A program made the position numbers and the translations under genes. From an uncultured Gaiellales bacterium (GTDB lineage: Bacteria > Actinomycetota > Thermoleophilia > RBG-16-64-13): DNA of 59,520 nucleotides. The stretch is from NCBI GenBank assembly GCA_964423425.1, contig CAYRES010000004.1, positions 74,736-134,255 of the forward strand, given 5' to 3'. Position 1 is the first letter of the stretch. Each line of letters starts with the position of its first letter. The notes under the pieces are model-generated. The model made no database searches, was not told the origin of the DNA, and saw only the letters and a list, made by a program, of their open reading frames with translations. This document shows positions 34,257-44,991 of this stretch, piece by piece.

Positions 34257-35287
34257 CAGGCAAGGCGGCGGGGAATCTCCTTGCGATCGAGACCTCGTGT
34301 GACGACACCTCGGTTGCGGTGATGAGCGGCTCCGGTGAACTGCTCTCGTCACTGGTGCACAGCCAGGACGTGATTCACGAGAAGTACGGGGGCGTGGTTC
34401 CGGAAGTCGCGAGCCGGGCGCATGTCGAACGGGCGACCGTGGTCGTGCGCGAGGCCCTCGGAGAAGCCGGAGTCTCATTCGACTCGCTCGGGGCCGTGGC
34501 GGTGACGGTCGGGCCCGGACTGGTCGGGGCTCTGCTCATCGGCCTGCACACGGCCAAGGCGATTGCCTGGTCGCGACGGCTGCCGCTCATACCGGTCAAC
34601 CATCTGCATGGCCATCTGGGGGCCGTGTGGCTGGCCGATCCGGAGGCGCCCTTCCCCGTTGTGACGCTCGTCGCCTCGGGCGGGCATACCCAACTCGTAC
34701 GCATGGAAGATCGGCGGACGTTCACGTTGCTCGGTCAGACGCGGGACGATGCGGCCGGTGAAGCCTTCGACAAAGGCGCCCGTCTACTCGGATTGGGCTA
34801 CCCCGGGGGCAGGGAACTCGATCAACTGGCCGAGAGGGGTGACCCCTTCCGGTTCGAATTTCCCGTGGCTCTTCGCGGCAAGGGAAGGCTCGATTTCTCT
34901 TTCAGCGGAGTCAAGACCGCGCTCTACTACACCCTGCGCGATATGGCGCCTGCCGACCGGCAGGCCGCCGCCGCCGATATTGCCGCCTCCTACCGCCGGG
35001 CCATCGTTGAAGCGCTTATGGCGAAGCTGGTCTTGGCCGCGCGCCGGAATGGTGCCCGCACGCTGGCCATCGCCGGTGGAGTGGCCGCTAACTCCTTGCT
35101 CAGGAGGAGGGTGCAGCGAGAGGGTGCGGCGGTTGGATGCCACGTGGTCGTTCCGGAGTTCCGCTTCTGCACCGATAACGCCGCCATGATCGCTGCGGCC
35201 GCTCGCGAGGGCACGCCGGTCGCCTTTCCCGAGTATCTGGGCCTCGAAGCCAGGGCCGGATTGGCGCTCGGCGAGCGTGGCTTCTGA
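34250..35287 (+). CDS. tsaD: tRNA N6-adenosine threonylcarbamoyltransferase
   Basis: IETSCDDT, GGVVPEVASRAH, VNHLHGH, SGGHT, DDAAGEAFDK, FSFSGVKT and CTDNAAMIA. Confidence 0.96.
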   Translation: MLAGKAAGNLLAIETSCDDTSVAVMSGSGELLSSLVHSQDVIHEKYGGVVPEVASRAHVERATVVVREALGEAGVSFDSLGAVAVTVGPGLVGALLIGLHTAKAIAWSRRLPLIPVNHLHGHLGAVWLADPEAPFPVVTLVASGGHTQLVRMEDRRTFTLLGQTRDDAAGEAFDKGARLLGLGYPGGRELDQLAERGDPFRFEFPVALRGKGRLDFSFSGVKTALYYTLRDMAPADRQAAAADIAASYRRAIVEALMAKLVLAARRNGARTLAIAGGVAANSLLRRRVQREGAAVGCHVVVPEFRFCTDNAAMIAAAAREGTPVAFPEYLGLEARAGLALGERGF

Positions 35288-35312
35288 ATCGGTTGTTCCT
35301 GAGCCGGTCCGA

Positions 35313-35341
35313 TTGACAATATCTGACGGTGGACGTATCAT
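35313..35341 (+). promoter_or_regulatory. Housekeeping sigma promoter of groESL
   Basis: TTGACA (35313-35318), a 17-nt spacer, then TATCAT (35336-35341). Confidence 0.85.
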
Positions 35342-35350
35342 AGCCCTGGT

Positions 35351-35377
35351 TTGGCACTCACCATGGGCGAGTGCCAA
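35351..35377. promoter_or_regulatory. CIRCE element (HrcA operator)
   Basis: TTGGCACTC-N9-GAGTGCCAA matches TTAGCACTC-N9-GAGTGCTAA and lies just downstream of the groES promoter. Confidence 0.92.
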
Positions 35378-35445
35378 GCAGAGAGAAGGCGGGCCGCGGG
35401 GCTCGCACCCGTTGGATCACCATTGTTACGTCAGGAGGACCGCAT

Positions 35446-35730
35446 ATGAAGCTTGTGCCGCTCGAGGACAGGGTCATCGTCAAGATCCTGGAAGAGGAAG
35501 AGAAGACCGTGTCCGGCATCGTATTGCCCGATACCGCGAAAGAGAAGCCCCAGAAGGCGAAGGTTCTGGCCGTGGGTCCCGGCCGCTATGAGGGCGAGAA
35601 GCTCGTTGCGGTCGATCTGAAAGAGGGCGATATCGTCGTCTTTGCAAAGTACGGCGGCACCGAAGTGAAGGTCGACGGCGAGGAGCTCCTCATTCTGAGG
35701 GCGTCCGACGTTCTGGCCAAAGTTGAGTAA
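35446..35730 (+). CDS. groES: Co-chaperonin GroES
   Basis: PLEDRVIVK, SGIVLPDTAKEKPQ and KYGGTEVK. SD AGGAGG. Confidence 0.98.
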   Translation: MKLVPLEDRVIVKILEEEEKTVSGIVLPDTAKEKPQKAKVLAVGPGRYEGEKLVAVDLKEGDIVVFAKYGGTEVKVDGEELLILRASDVLAKVE

Positions 35731-35749
35731 CAGTCCACGAGAACGCTGA

Positions 35750-37432
<1,683 letters not shown>

Positions 37433-37460
37433 GAGGGGCTCTGCCTTTTCGCGTCCGCGA

Positions 37461-37496
37461 GAAGAGGGGGCCGGCCGGAAGGCCGGCCCCCTCTTC
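37461..37496 (+). terminator. Terminator after groEL
   Basis: GAAGAGGGGGCCGGCC-ggaa-GGCCGGCCCCCTCTTC, a 16-bp stem. Confidence 0.8.
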
Positions 37497-37700
37497 CGGT
37501 TCGGTGCCTGCTCCGGCCTTTCCGCTCCGGACCGTGTGGGCCGGAGTCCTTGGGGAGGACGATTGAGTGCTCTTGGTAGTGATACACTGGGTTCACCGAA
37601 GGGGGTTTCAAAAGCGTCTGGGCGGGTTATTGTGCTGCAGTAAGCGACGGTACGCGGGTCGTTCCCTTGCGGTCGCGGCCTACGTTTCGAGGAGGAATGT

Positions 37701-38081
37701 ATGAGTGATAGGGCGGAAAAGGCCTTCGAGGAGATGTTGGATATCTCCACTGACATGGACAAAGCCATCTTGTTCTCCGGTGACGAGATACTGGCGTCCA
37801 ATTTTCCCGAGAACCTGAATGCGGCAATGCTGGGCAAGGCCACTGAACTCAGCGTCATGGGCAATGCGAGGGCGGAGGACATGAGTTCGGCACCGCTCAC
37901 CCAACTGGTGGTCGACACGAGTCTGGGTATGGTCTTTCTTGTGAAAGAAGCGGACGCAGCTGGCATGGGTGTGTTGGCCACAGGGAAGAAGGACAGCCGG
38001 ATCGGGCTGGTGTTCTACGACATGAAGACCTGCATACGCGATGCTCAGGAAGAGGAAGACACGGAGGCAAGTGAGGAATGA
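37701..38081 (+). CDS. Hypothetical protein, probable roadblock/LC7 (MglB-like) fold
   Basis: Strong SD GAGGAGG, 126 aa. The pattern helix-AILF..ILASN-helix-QLVVDT..GMVFLV..VLAT....IGLVFYDM resembles roadblock domains. Confidence 0.6.
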   Translation: MSDRAEKAFEEMLDISTDMDKAILFSGDEILASNFPENLNAAMLGKATELSVMGNARAEDMSSAPLTQLVVDTSLGMVFLVKEADAAGMGVLATGKKDSRIGLVFYDMKTCIRDAQEEEDTEASEE

Positions 38082-38293
38082 AAACGCTGACCAAGGTTCT
38101 TGCCATAGTGGCGGGCGCGGCGGCGCTCGCCGGTGGTGTCTACTACTACTTCTTCATGCGCGAGAAGAAGCCGCAGGTCGAGCTGTACTTCGACGATGGT
38201 TCCATGCTCGCTTTGCCGGGTTCGGCGCCAGAGGCGGCCGAATTCCTCGACGTGGCTGAGGAGATTCTGTCCAGCATTCCGGTGTCTGCATAG
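38078..38293 (+). CDS. Small membrane-anchored hypothetical protein
   Basis: ATGA-coupled to the upstream gene. N-terminal hydrophobic helix followed by VELYFDDGSM. Confidence 0.7.
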   Translation: MKTLTKVLAIVAGAAALAGGVYYYFFMREKKPQVELYFDDGSMLALPGSAPEAAEFLDVAEEILSSIPVSA

Positions 38294-38298
38294 CCGCC

Positions 38299-39750
38299 AT
38301 GTCGGCGGTGGAGCCGGCTTCCGGCCCGGGATCATCAGGCGGGTCGGGGGGGGAAGACGGTCTGGGGCTTTCTCCCGGCTGGGCGCAGGTGGTCATAGAG
38401 AGGGCTCTGCGGCGCGGCGGTGACTTTGCCGAGGTGTTCGCGGAGTCGTCGTCGGGCGTCTCGCTGCGCCTCGACGACCAAAGGGTCGAGGAGGTGGCGT
38501 CGGGCACGGATATGGGCGCCTCGGTGCGGATTGTCCGAGGCGGGACGACTGTGTTCGGCTACTGTGAAAGCCTCGAACCCGAGGCCGTGCTTCGCTTAGC
38601 CGACCGGCTTAGCGAGGGTCTCGACGGTGCTGCTGCGTTAGGCACACCTCTCCACGTCCTGGAGAGGCCCGAATTCCCTCCGGTCGGGGTTGAACCGGGT
38701 GACGTCGATGTGTTCGAGAAGGCTGCGATACTCCGCGCACTCGATGAGTTTTCCCGGGCCTGGTCAGCGGAGATCGTGCAGGTGAGCGCTTCCTACTCTG
38801 ACCACAAGCAGAGGATCTGGGTGGCCAATTCGCGCGGTACGTACGCCACGGAGGAGCGCACCCGGGTGTTCGGTGCCGTGAGCGTGGTGGCGAAGAGGGG
38901 TGACGTCATCCAGACGGGGCGGGAGACCTTGGCCCACCGTGGAGGATACGAGTTCATCACTCCGGAATCGCTGCGCGCGATGGCGCAGACGGCCGCCGAC
39001 AAAGCCGTCGTCATGCTCGATGCCGGTCCGGCCCCCGCGGGTCGAATGCCGGTGGTGTTGGCGAATGGGTTCGGTGGGGTTTTGTTCCACGAGGCATGTG
39101 GCCACGGCTTGGAGGCCGACTTCATCGTCAAGCGCACGAGTGTCTTTGCGGAGAGGCTGGGCCGACGGGTGGCGGAACCGCATGTGACCGCTCTCGACAA
39201 CGGTGTGGGTGCAGGCATGTGGGGGTCCAACGCGATCGATGACGAAGGCACACCCACCCAGTCCACGGTGGCCATCTCCGAGGGGGTGCTCTCCTCCTTT
39301 CTCACCGATGTGCTGCGCGGGGAACGTCTCGGACAGATGCCCACGGGCAATTCTCGACGCCAAGGCTTCCGGCACCTCCCCTACCCGCGCATGACCAATA
39401 CCTACTTCGCGCCGGGCGACGCTTCTCCCGATGATCTCATCGCGGATACTCGGCGCGCCCTGTACGCGAAGAGTCTTTCTGGAGGTGAGGTCGACCCGGC
39501 TACCGGCGACTTCGTGTTCGGCGTCTCCGAGGGCTACCTCATCGAGGACGGCCGGGTGGGGCCTCCTGTACGGGGCGCCACCTTGATCGGCAACGGCCCC
39601 GAGGTGCTTCTCGGTATCGATGCCATCGCTTCCGACCTCGTGGTCAAAGCAGGCATGTGCGGCAAGGAGGGGCAGTTGGTGCCGGTGGGCACCGGCCAGC
39701 CGACGCTGCGCATCAGAGAACTCACGGTCGGAGGTACGGCCGTCTCGTGA
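38299..39750 (+). CDS. tldD: TldD metalloprotease subunit
   Basis: GGDFAEVF.E, FHEACGHGLEAD (HExxH), DDEG, PRMTNTY and CGKEGQ.VPV..GQP. Confidence 0.93.
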   Translation: MSAVEPASGPGSSGGSGGEDGLGLSPGWAQVVIERALRRGGDFAEVFAESSSGVSLRLDDQRVEEVASGTDMGASVRIVRGGTTVFGYCESLEPEAVLRLADRLSEGLDGAAALGTPLHVLERPEFPPVGVEPGDVDVFEKAAILRALDEFSRAWSAEIVQVSASYSDHKQRIWVANSRGTYATEERTRVFGAVSVVAKRGDVIQTGRETLAHRGGYEFITPESLRAMAQTAADKAVVMLDAGPAPAGRMPVVLANGFGGVLFHEACGHGLEADFIVKRTSVFAERLGRRVAEPHVTALDNGVGAGMWGSNAIDDEGTPTQSTVAISEGVLSSFLTDVLRGERLGQMPTGNSRRQGFRHLPYPRMTNTYFAPGDASPDDLIADTRRALYAKSLSGGEVDPATGDFVFGVSEGYLIEDGRVGPPVRGATLIGNGPEVLLGIDAIASDLVVKAGMCGKEGQLVPVGTGQPTLRIRELTVGGTAVS

Positions 39751-41147
39751 TGGAAGAGGCGCTCAAAGTCGCTCGTGAAGCACTCGATCGAATTGCCGCC
39801 CGGGGCTTGGGCGGAGAGGTTGAGCTGTACCTGCAGCAGGCGCGCACCACCACGGTGAAGGTGTACGCCGGTGAAGTGGAGTCGGTGTCGGTGGCCGAAC
39901 CGCGGGGTGTCGGGGCGAGGTACATCGCCGACGGGCGCTCCGGCTATAGCTACACCAGTGGCATGGACGTGGGCAGCATGGTGGAAGCGGTGGTCGAAGC
40001 CGCAGCGAACTCCCAGGCAGCCGACTTCGATGAGTATGCCGGGTTGCCCGATCTGTCCGGCGGCGCCGGCAGGCGGGAGAGCACTCCGAGCGGGGCTTGT
40101 TCTCCTGCGGGCGGGTACTTCGCCGAAGGGGTATCCACGACCCCGCTCCCGCGTAAGATCGAGTTGGCGGTGGAGGCGGAGAAACGTGCACTCGCCGAAT
40201 TCCCAGTGGAGACGGTGGAGGAGAGCACCTACCAGGACGCCGACACCTGGGTCGGTGTCGTCTCCAATCTGGGAGCAGCCTGCGTGGAGAGACGCTCGTT
40301 TGCGGCGCTGTTCCTCTCCGCCCACGCCCGTGACGGCGGCGACGTGCAAACCGGCTTGGGGTACTCGATAGGCCGGGAGCCGCAGGCTCTGGTTCCGGAG
40401 CAGGCGGGGGCGGATGCGGCCCGCAAGGCGAAGGCCCTCCTGGGTGCGCGCCAGTGCCCCACCGGCACCTATCCCGTGGTACTCACCCCCGAGGTCTCCT
40501 CCGCTTTCGTCGCCTTCGTGGCGCAGGCCCTCGATGCCGACCAGGTCCAACGCGGACGGTCGCTTTTCGCGGGCAGATTGGGTGACACGGTCGCCTCCTC
40601 AGTGATCACGATAGTGGACGATGGGCTGCACAGGGATGGTCTGGTTTCGGGCAGTTTCGATGATGAGGGGGTGGGGCGCGAGGAGGCGGTGCCACTGGTG
40701 GAGCGTGGTGTACTCAGGTCCTTTCTGCACAACGCCTACACCGCGAGACGCCAGGGTGACAATGGGGTCTCCACCGCGAACGCCTCCCGGAGTTCCTATC
40801 GTTCGGCTCCCGTCATCTCTCCCTCGAATCTGCTGGTGAAGGAGGGGGTTCACACCCAGATGGAGTTGGTGGGCAGCATCGACCGAGGGCTCTTGATCCA
40901 GGCGGTGGGAGGTCTCCACTCGGGCGCCAACCCCATCACCGGGCAGTTCTCTGTGGGAGCAACCGGATTCCTCATCGAGAAAGGAGAGCTGGGACGGCCC
41001 GTGAAGGAGGTGACCATCGCCTCCGACCTGTGCTCTCTCCTAGAGGGTGTGAGCCAGGTGGGGGCAGACGGTCGCTGGGTGCCTCTGCACGGCAGTGTGC
41101 GGTCGCCGAGCATCCTCATCGGCCGGATGACCGTCTCCGGGCTGTAG
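39750..41147 (+). CDS. pmbA: TldE/PmbA protein
   Basis: FDDEG, STANA.R and GANPITGQFSVGA.G. No HExxH. Follows tldD. Confidence 0.9.
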   Translation: MEEALKVAREALDRIAARGLGGEVELYLQQARTTTVKVYAGEVESVSVAEPRGVGARYIADGRSGYSYTSGMDVGSMVEAVVEAAANSQAADFDEYAGLPDLSGGAGRRESTPSGACSPAGGYFAEGVSTTPLPRKIELAVEAEKRALAEFPVETVEESTYQDADTWVGVVSNLGAACVERRSFAALFLSAHARDGGDVQTGLGYSIGREPQALVPEQAGADAARKAKALLGARQCPTGTYPVVLTPEVSSAFVAFVAQALDADQVQRGRSLFAGRLGDTVASSVITIVDDGLHRDGLVSGSFDDEGVGREEAVPLVERGVLRSFLHNAYTARRQGDNGVSTANASRSSYRSAPVISPSNLLVKEGVHTQMELVGSIDRGLLIQAVGGLHSGANPITGQFSVGATGFLIEKGELGRPVKEVTIASDLCSLLEGVSQVGADGRWVPLHGSVRSPSILIGRMTVSGL

Positions 41148-41235
41148 CAATCGACACCGCTCGGTGGCTGGGCGCCGCTTCGCCCGGGCGGGAGCGCTGT
41201 GCGCATACATCGAAGTGAGGAGGGTACAGAAGGCA

Positions 41236-41781
41236 GTGGATAGGACCGAGTTGGGCAACTTGTTGCTGTCGGTATCGTATCTCGAGGGTGACTTCGTGCT
41301 TCGTTCGGGGAAGCGCAGCCGTTACTACCTCGACAAGTACCTGTTCGAGACCGATCCCCGTGTCCTCGGTGGCGTGGTGAGGGAGATGGCCTCTCTCATT
41401 CGTCACCGAATGGGCGAACGTGGTGAGTACGCACGCTTGGCCGCCCCGGAGCTGGGAGCGGTGTCGATCGGGGCGGGGCTTTCGCTGGAGTTGGGAATGC
41501 CTTTCGTTATCGTGCGTAAGCAGACGAAGGAGTACGGCACCGGCAAAGCCATCGAGGGAGCCTGGCACCCGGGCGAGAGGTTTGCAGTCGTGGAGGACAT
41601 CGTGACCTCTGGCGGTGCGGCTCTGTCCGCCGTCGAGCAACTGCGTGCCCTCGGTCTCGTGGTGGAGGATCTGTACTGCGTGGTGGATAGAGAGGAGGGA
41701 GGCAGAGAGAACGCGAGGAAGATGGGGCTTGAGCTGATTCCTCTGTTCACGGCCGGCGGCCTGGGCATCAAGAAGGGATAG
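41236..41781 (+). CDS. pyrE: Orotate phosphoribosyltransferase
   Basis: GDFVLRSGKRSRYYLDK, VRKQTKEYGT and VVEDIVTSGG (PRPP motif). Confidence 0.92.
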   Translation: MDRTELGNLLLSVSYLEGDFVLRSGKRSRYYLDKYLFETDPRVLGGVVREMASLIRHRMGERGEYARLAAPELGAVSIGAGLSLELGMPFVIVRKQTKEYGTGKAIEGAWHPGERFAVVEDIVTSGGAALSAVEQLRALGLVVEDLYCVVDREEGGRENARKMGLELIPLFTAGGLGIKKG

Positions 41782-41920
41782 CTGCGAAGGTTGACTGTGA
41801 GCGGGACGGCCCCGTGCCGCGGAAGGTGTTGTGCGTCACGATGCCGGTGTTCTGCTTGCGAGGTTCAAACGGGGTCTGCTAACGTAGGTTGACTTGTGCT
41901 ACCAGATGGGGAGGGCAACG

Positions 41921-42193
41921 GTGACAAAGACTGAGTTCGTCGAGAGATTCGCCGCACAGGCAGGTCTCAGCAAGAAGGACGCTCAAGCAGCGACAGACGC
42001 CTTCATCGCAGTCATAGCGGAAGCGCTTACGGCCGGCGAGGAAGTGCAGTTCACCGGTTTCGGGAAGTTCTACGTTCAGGAACGGGACGCCCGCGAGGGC
42101 ATCAACCCGCAGACCAAGGAGAAGATCACGATCGCGGCCACCAAGGTGCCCAAGTTCAGCGCGGGCACGGCCCTGAAGAACGCGGTGCGCTGA
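41921..42193 (+). CDS. hup: HU family DNA-binding protein
   Basis: TKTEFV, GFGKF, AREGINPQTKEKITIAA..VPKFSAGTALK. Upstream TTGCGA-N18-TAACGT promoter-like sequence (41856-41885). Confidence 0.95.
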   Translation: MTKTEFVERFAAQAGLSKKDAQAATDAFIAVIAEALTAGEEVQFTGFGKFYVQERDAREGINPQTKEKITIAATKVPKFSAGTALKNAVR

Positions 42194-42356
42194 CACTCCC
42201 GCTGCGTGCGCCGGGTGTCCCACGCGCCCGGGGCAGGGCTGCGGCCGGGAAGGGTTGCCCCGGCTTACAGCACGTTCGCCTTTCCTGCAGGGGCCGCAGA
42301 AGCGGCCCCTGTCGTATCCTGTGGGCTGCACCGAACCACGTGAGAAGGAAGTGAGC

Positions 42357-43256
42357 ATGGGCCAGGCCTTTTCCGACAAGCTGATGGAGGCGATCGCAGC
42401 GAAGCGATCCCATGTCGTCGTTGGTTTCGATCCCGCATACGAACTTCTGCCGCCGGAGATCAAGCAGACGTGCGCCGGCCGACGTTACGCTACAGTGCAG
42501 GAGGAGCGCGCGGCGTGCTATGGGGAGTTCTTGGGCCGTCTGCTCGAGGCTCTGGCGGACACCGCGGTGGGGGTCAAGCTTCAACTGGCCTACTTCGAGG
42601 CCCTGGGCGCGGTGGGGTACGCGCTGTACGAGCGCTTGGTCCGAGGTGCGCAGGAGGCCGGGCTTCTGGTCATCGCCGATGCCAAGCGGGGCGATATCGG
42701 CAGCACGGCACAGGCCTATGCCGATGCGCATCTCGGTGTGGCCGGCGCAGACGCCATGACCATCAACCCTTGGTTCGGAAGCGACGGGGTGGAGCCGTTC
42801 TTGTCGTACGCGCGCGATGAGGGCAAAGGCCTGTTCATCCTCGTGAAGACCTCCAACCCCGGTTCCGCCGAGCTGCAGGATGTGGAGGCGGCCGACGGCC
42901 GCCCCCTGTATGAGAGGGTGGCGGAGTTGGTGCGCCGTTGGGGTGAGGGAACGGTCGGGGTATCGGGCTACAGCGGGGTGGGCGCCGTGGTGGGAGGAAC
43001 GCACCCGCAGCAGGCGAAGAGATTGAGGGAACTGTTGCCCGGCGTGCCCTTCTTGGTCCCCGGCTATGGAGCTCAGGGTGCGGGTGCCAAAGAGGTGGCG
43101 GGAGTCTTCGACGCGGAGGGGAGGGGTGCGGTGGTGAACTCGGCGCGGGCCATACTCTACGCCTATCGCACCCGGCCCCTGCCCTGGCTGGACGCCGCCG
43201 TGGAGGAGGCCGAAGCAATGCGGGCCGCTCTCTGGGAGGTAGCGGGACGTGCCTGA
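42357..43256 (+). CDS. pyrF: Orotidine-5'-phosphate decarboxylase (type 2)
   Basis: VGFDP, K.QLAYFE, DAKRGDIGST, VKTSNPGS, GAVVG, LVPGYGAQG and VNSAR. Confidence 0.95.
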   Translation: MGQAFSDKLMEAIAAKRSHVVVGFDPAYELLPPEIKQTCAGRRYATVQEERAACYGEFLGRLLEALADTAVGVKLQLAYFEALGAVGYALYERLVRGAQEAGLLVIADAKRGDIGSTAQAYADAHLGVAGADAMTINPWFGSDGVEPFLSYARDEGKGLFILVKTSNPGSAELQDVEAADGRPLYERVAELVRRWGEGTVGVSGYSGVGAVVGGTHPQQAKRLRELLPGVPFLVPGYGAQGAGAKEVAGVFDAEGRGAVVNSARAILYAYRTRPLPWLDAAVEEAEAMRAALWEVAGRA

Positions 43257-43683
43257 CCGCATGGGCAGAGTGGTGGCTCCGGTGGTGTGCACGGTCGTGT
43301 TGGGAGCGGCGCTGGTCTTGATCGGCTCTTCTCAACTGGTACATGGGAGGGCGGCCGAGCCCTTTCCGCTCACCACCCACACGGTCCCCACCACGATCAT
43401 CGTCGAGCTCGACTCCGGGCTGCCGGGTGCAGCGGGCGAGCGGCGGACCGGCGTGGGAACAGAGGCGAAGGCCGAATCCGAGGCGCCTCTCGGCACGGGC
43501 GTCGGCCTCGAGGGGAGTGGTGAGGAGCTCGTGTACGTAGTTGCTCAAGGTGACAGCCTTGCGTCAATCGCTGCAGAGGTGGGCGTCACACCGGCCGATC
43601 TGGCCATCTACAACGGCCTCGTTCCCGATGAGGAGCTTCACGAGGGTATGGTGCTGGCGCTACCCTCGGCGTCCGGGGACTGA
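43249..43683 (+). CDS. LysM peptidoglycan-binding protein with N-terminal membrane anchor
   Basis: YVVAQGDSLASIA...GVTPADLAIYNGL....L..GMVLALP. Confidence 0.85.
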   Translation: MPDRMGRVVAPVVCTVVLGAALVLIGSSQLVHGRAAEPFPLTTHTVPTTIIVELDSGLPGAAGERRTGVGTEAKAESEAPLGTGVGLEGSGEELVYVVAQGDSLASIAAEVGVTPADLAIYNGLVPDEELHEGMVLALPSASGD

Positions 43684-43704
43684 CGAACTCAACCCGAGTG
43701 GAGG

Positions 43705-44091
43705 TCAGCCGCCTTTGGTCCGGCGGCCGTTCCTGTCGATCAGGCAGCGCAGGCTGTTGGTGGCGAACAGAGTAAGGGTGAGAGCCGGGTTTCCGAGGAA
43801 GCTGAGGTGACACGACCCGAATTGCAGGTGACGCCACCGACGTGGTCTCTTCGACAACCGGGGGGCGAAACCGGTGGAGAGCACCCACTCACGGCCGTCG
43901 CGGGTGGGGCCTACCCAGAGGAAGAGGCGGGTGGGTCTGATCTCTGCCCCTCCCCAACGAGACGCTTGGAGGGCAAGCCCTCCCTCCGCCTGAGCTGTGA
44001 GTTCTTCCGCCTCGCGGATGACTGCGGAGAGCCAACGCCGCTCCAGCAGAGCCCGGACAGGAGGAAGGACGAGCGTGCGCCGTCCAGTCAT
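43705..44091 (-). CDS. Hypothetical protein
   Basis: 128-codon ORF whose ATG overlaps the TGA of the upstream membrane gene (ATGA coupling) and fills the gap. No recognisable motif. Confidence 0.4.
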   Translation of the reverse strand: MTGRRTLVLPPVRALLERRWLSAVIREAEELTAQAEGGLALQASRWGGAEIRPTRLFLWVGPTRDGREWVLSTGFAPRLSKRPRRWRHLQFGSCHLSFLGNPALTLTLFATNSLRCLIDRNGRRTKGG

Positions 44092-44819
44092 CGCGTGCGG
44101 TAGTACTCGTAGATGGACACGAGCAGGGTGTCCAGGACGACTGTGAGCAGGGCCTCCACGAGCAATTGGCTCACGGGCAGCAACGGGAAGACGTCGCCGG
44201 CGCCCTCGTAGTAGCTGCCATAGAGGGACGACACCAGCAGTGACAGGAGAGTGCCGAGGGCAAAGACGACCACAGCCGCCGCCCAGGCTTTCTTGAGCAG
44301 CCGTATGCTGCTGCGAATGGCGGCCAGCGGCCCCACCCTCTCGAAGACGCAGGCATAGTCGCCGAAGATGAGGAGCAGAGCCACCGGGATGACGGCGTAC
44401 GCCGTCACGGCGAAGGCCGTGCTGTCTGCAGCGAACGAGTATGGCAATCCGTAGAAGACGACGTAGGTGATGAGGTAGAAAGAGGCCAGCCGCACCAGTT
44501 CTGCGCCCGAGCGGGGGGCGCGGGGATAGCCGGGGCCGACCATCGCCCGGAAGAAGGGGGCACGGAGAGCTGCAGCCAAGAGACATACGCCGAGTCCAGC
44601 CGCGAGGGCGATGATGAGCGGTAGTCCGGGCTGGAGGAGGGTCTCTATGTGCTCCTGAAGATAGGGCCAGCGCATGAAGTTGGCTTTGGCGAGCCCACTG
44701 AAGGTGATGCGGCCCTCGATGGACACGTACACGGCCATGAAGGCCAGGGTGTTCAGCACACCCAGGATGAGGGGATAGACGAAGAGATACTGCTTTCGGG
44801 TGAGCCGATCCCACACCAT
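44088..44819 (-). CDS. Multi-pass integral membrane protein of unknown function
   Basis: About six hydrophobic segments and a G..AAIRSSIRL motif. The true start may be ATC 44837. Confidence 0.7.
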   Translation of the reverse strand: MVWDRLTRKQYLFVYPLILGVLNTLAFMAVYVSIEGRITFSGLAKANFMRWPYLQEHIETLLQPGLPLIIALAAGLGVCLLAAALRAPFFRAMVGPGYPRAPRSGAELVRLASFYLITYVVFYGLPYSFAADSTAFAVTAYAVIPVALLLIFGDYACVFERVGPLAAIRSSIRLLKKAWAAAVVVFALGTLLSLLVSSLYGSYYEGAGDVFPLLPVSQLLVEALLTVVLDTLLVSIYEYYRTR

Positions 44820-44991
44820 TCTGGCGACTTCGGCGATGGCTTCACCTCCCCCTTTGCGTCCTTCCAAAGAGGGGAGTATAGCACTGTCATCCCGTGGTCC
44901 CTCGTGGCCCCGGGAGGTATGCAGCGGTCTTGGCCGGGGTGGGTCGGGAAGAAGTGAAGAGTCGGGAAACATGCGTGTTATACTCCATTCG

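Noticed and set aside
43807-44103. 98-aa plus-strand ORF
   Set aside because: It has no motif, overlaps the end of the opposite gene, and conflicts with the better-coupled minus-strand ORF at 43705-44091.
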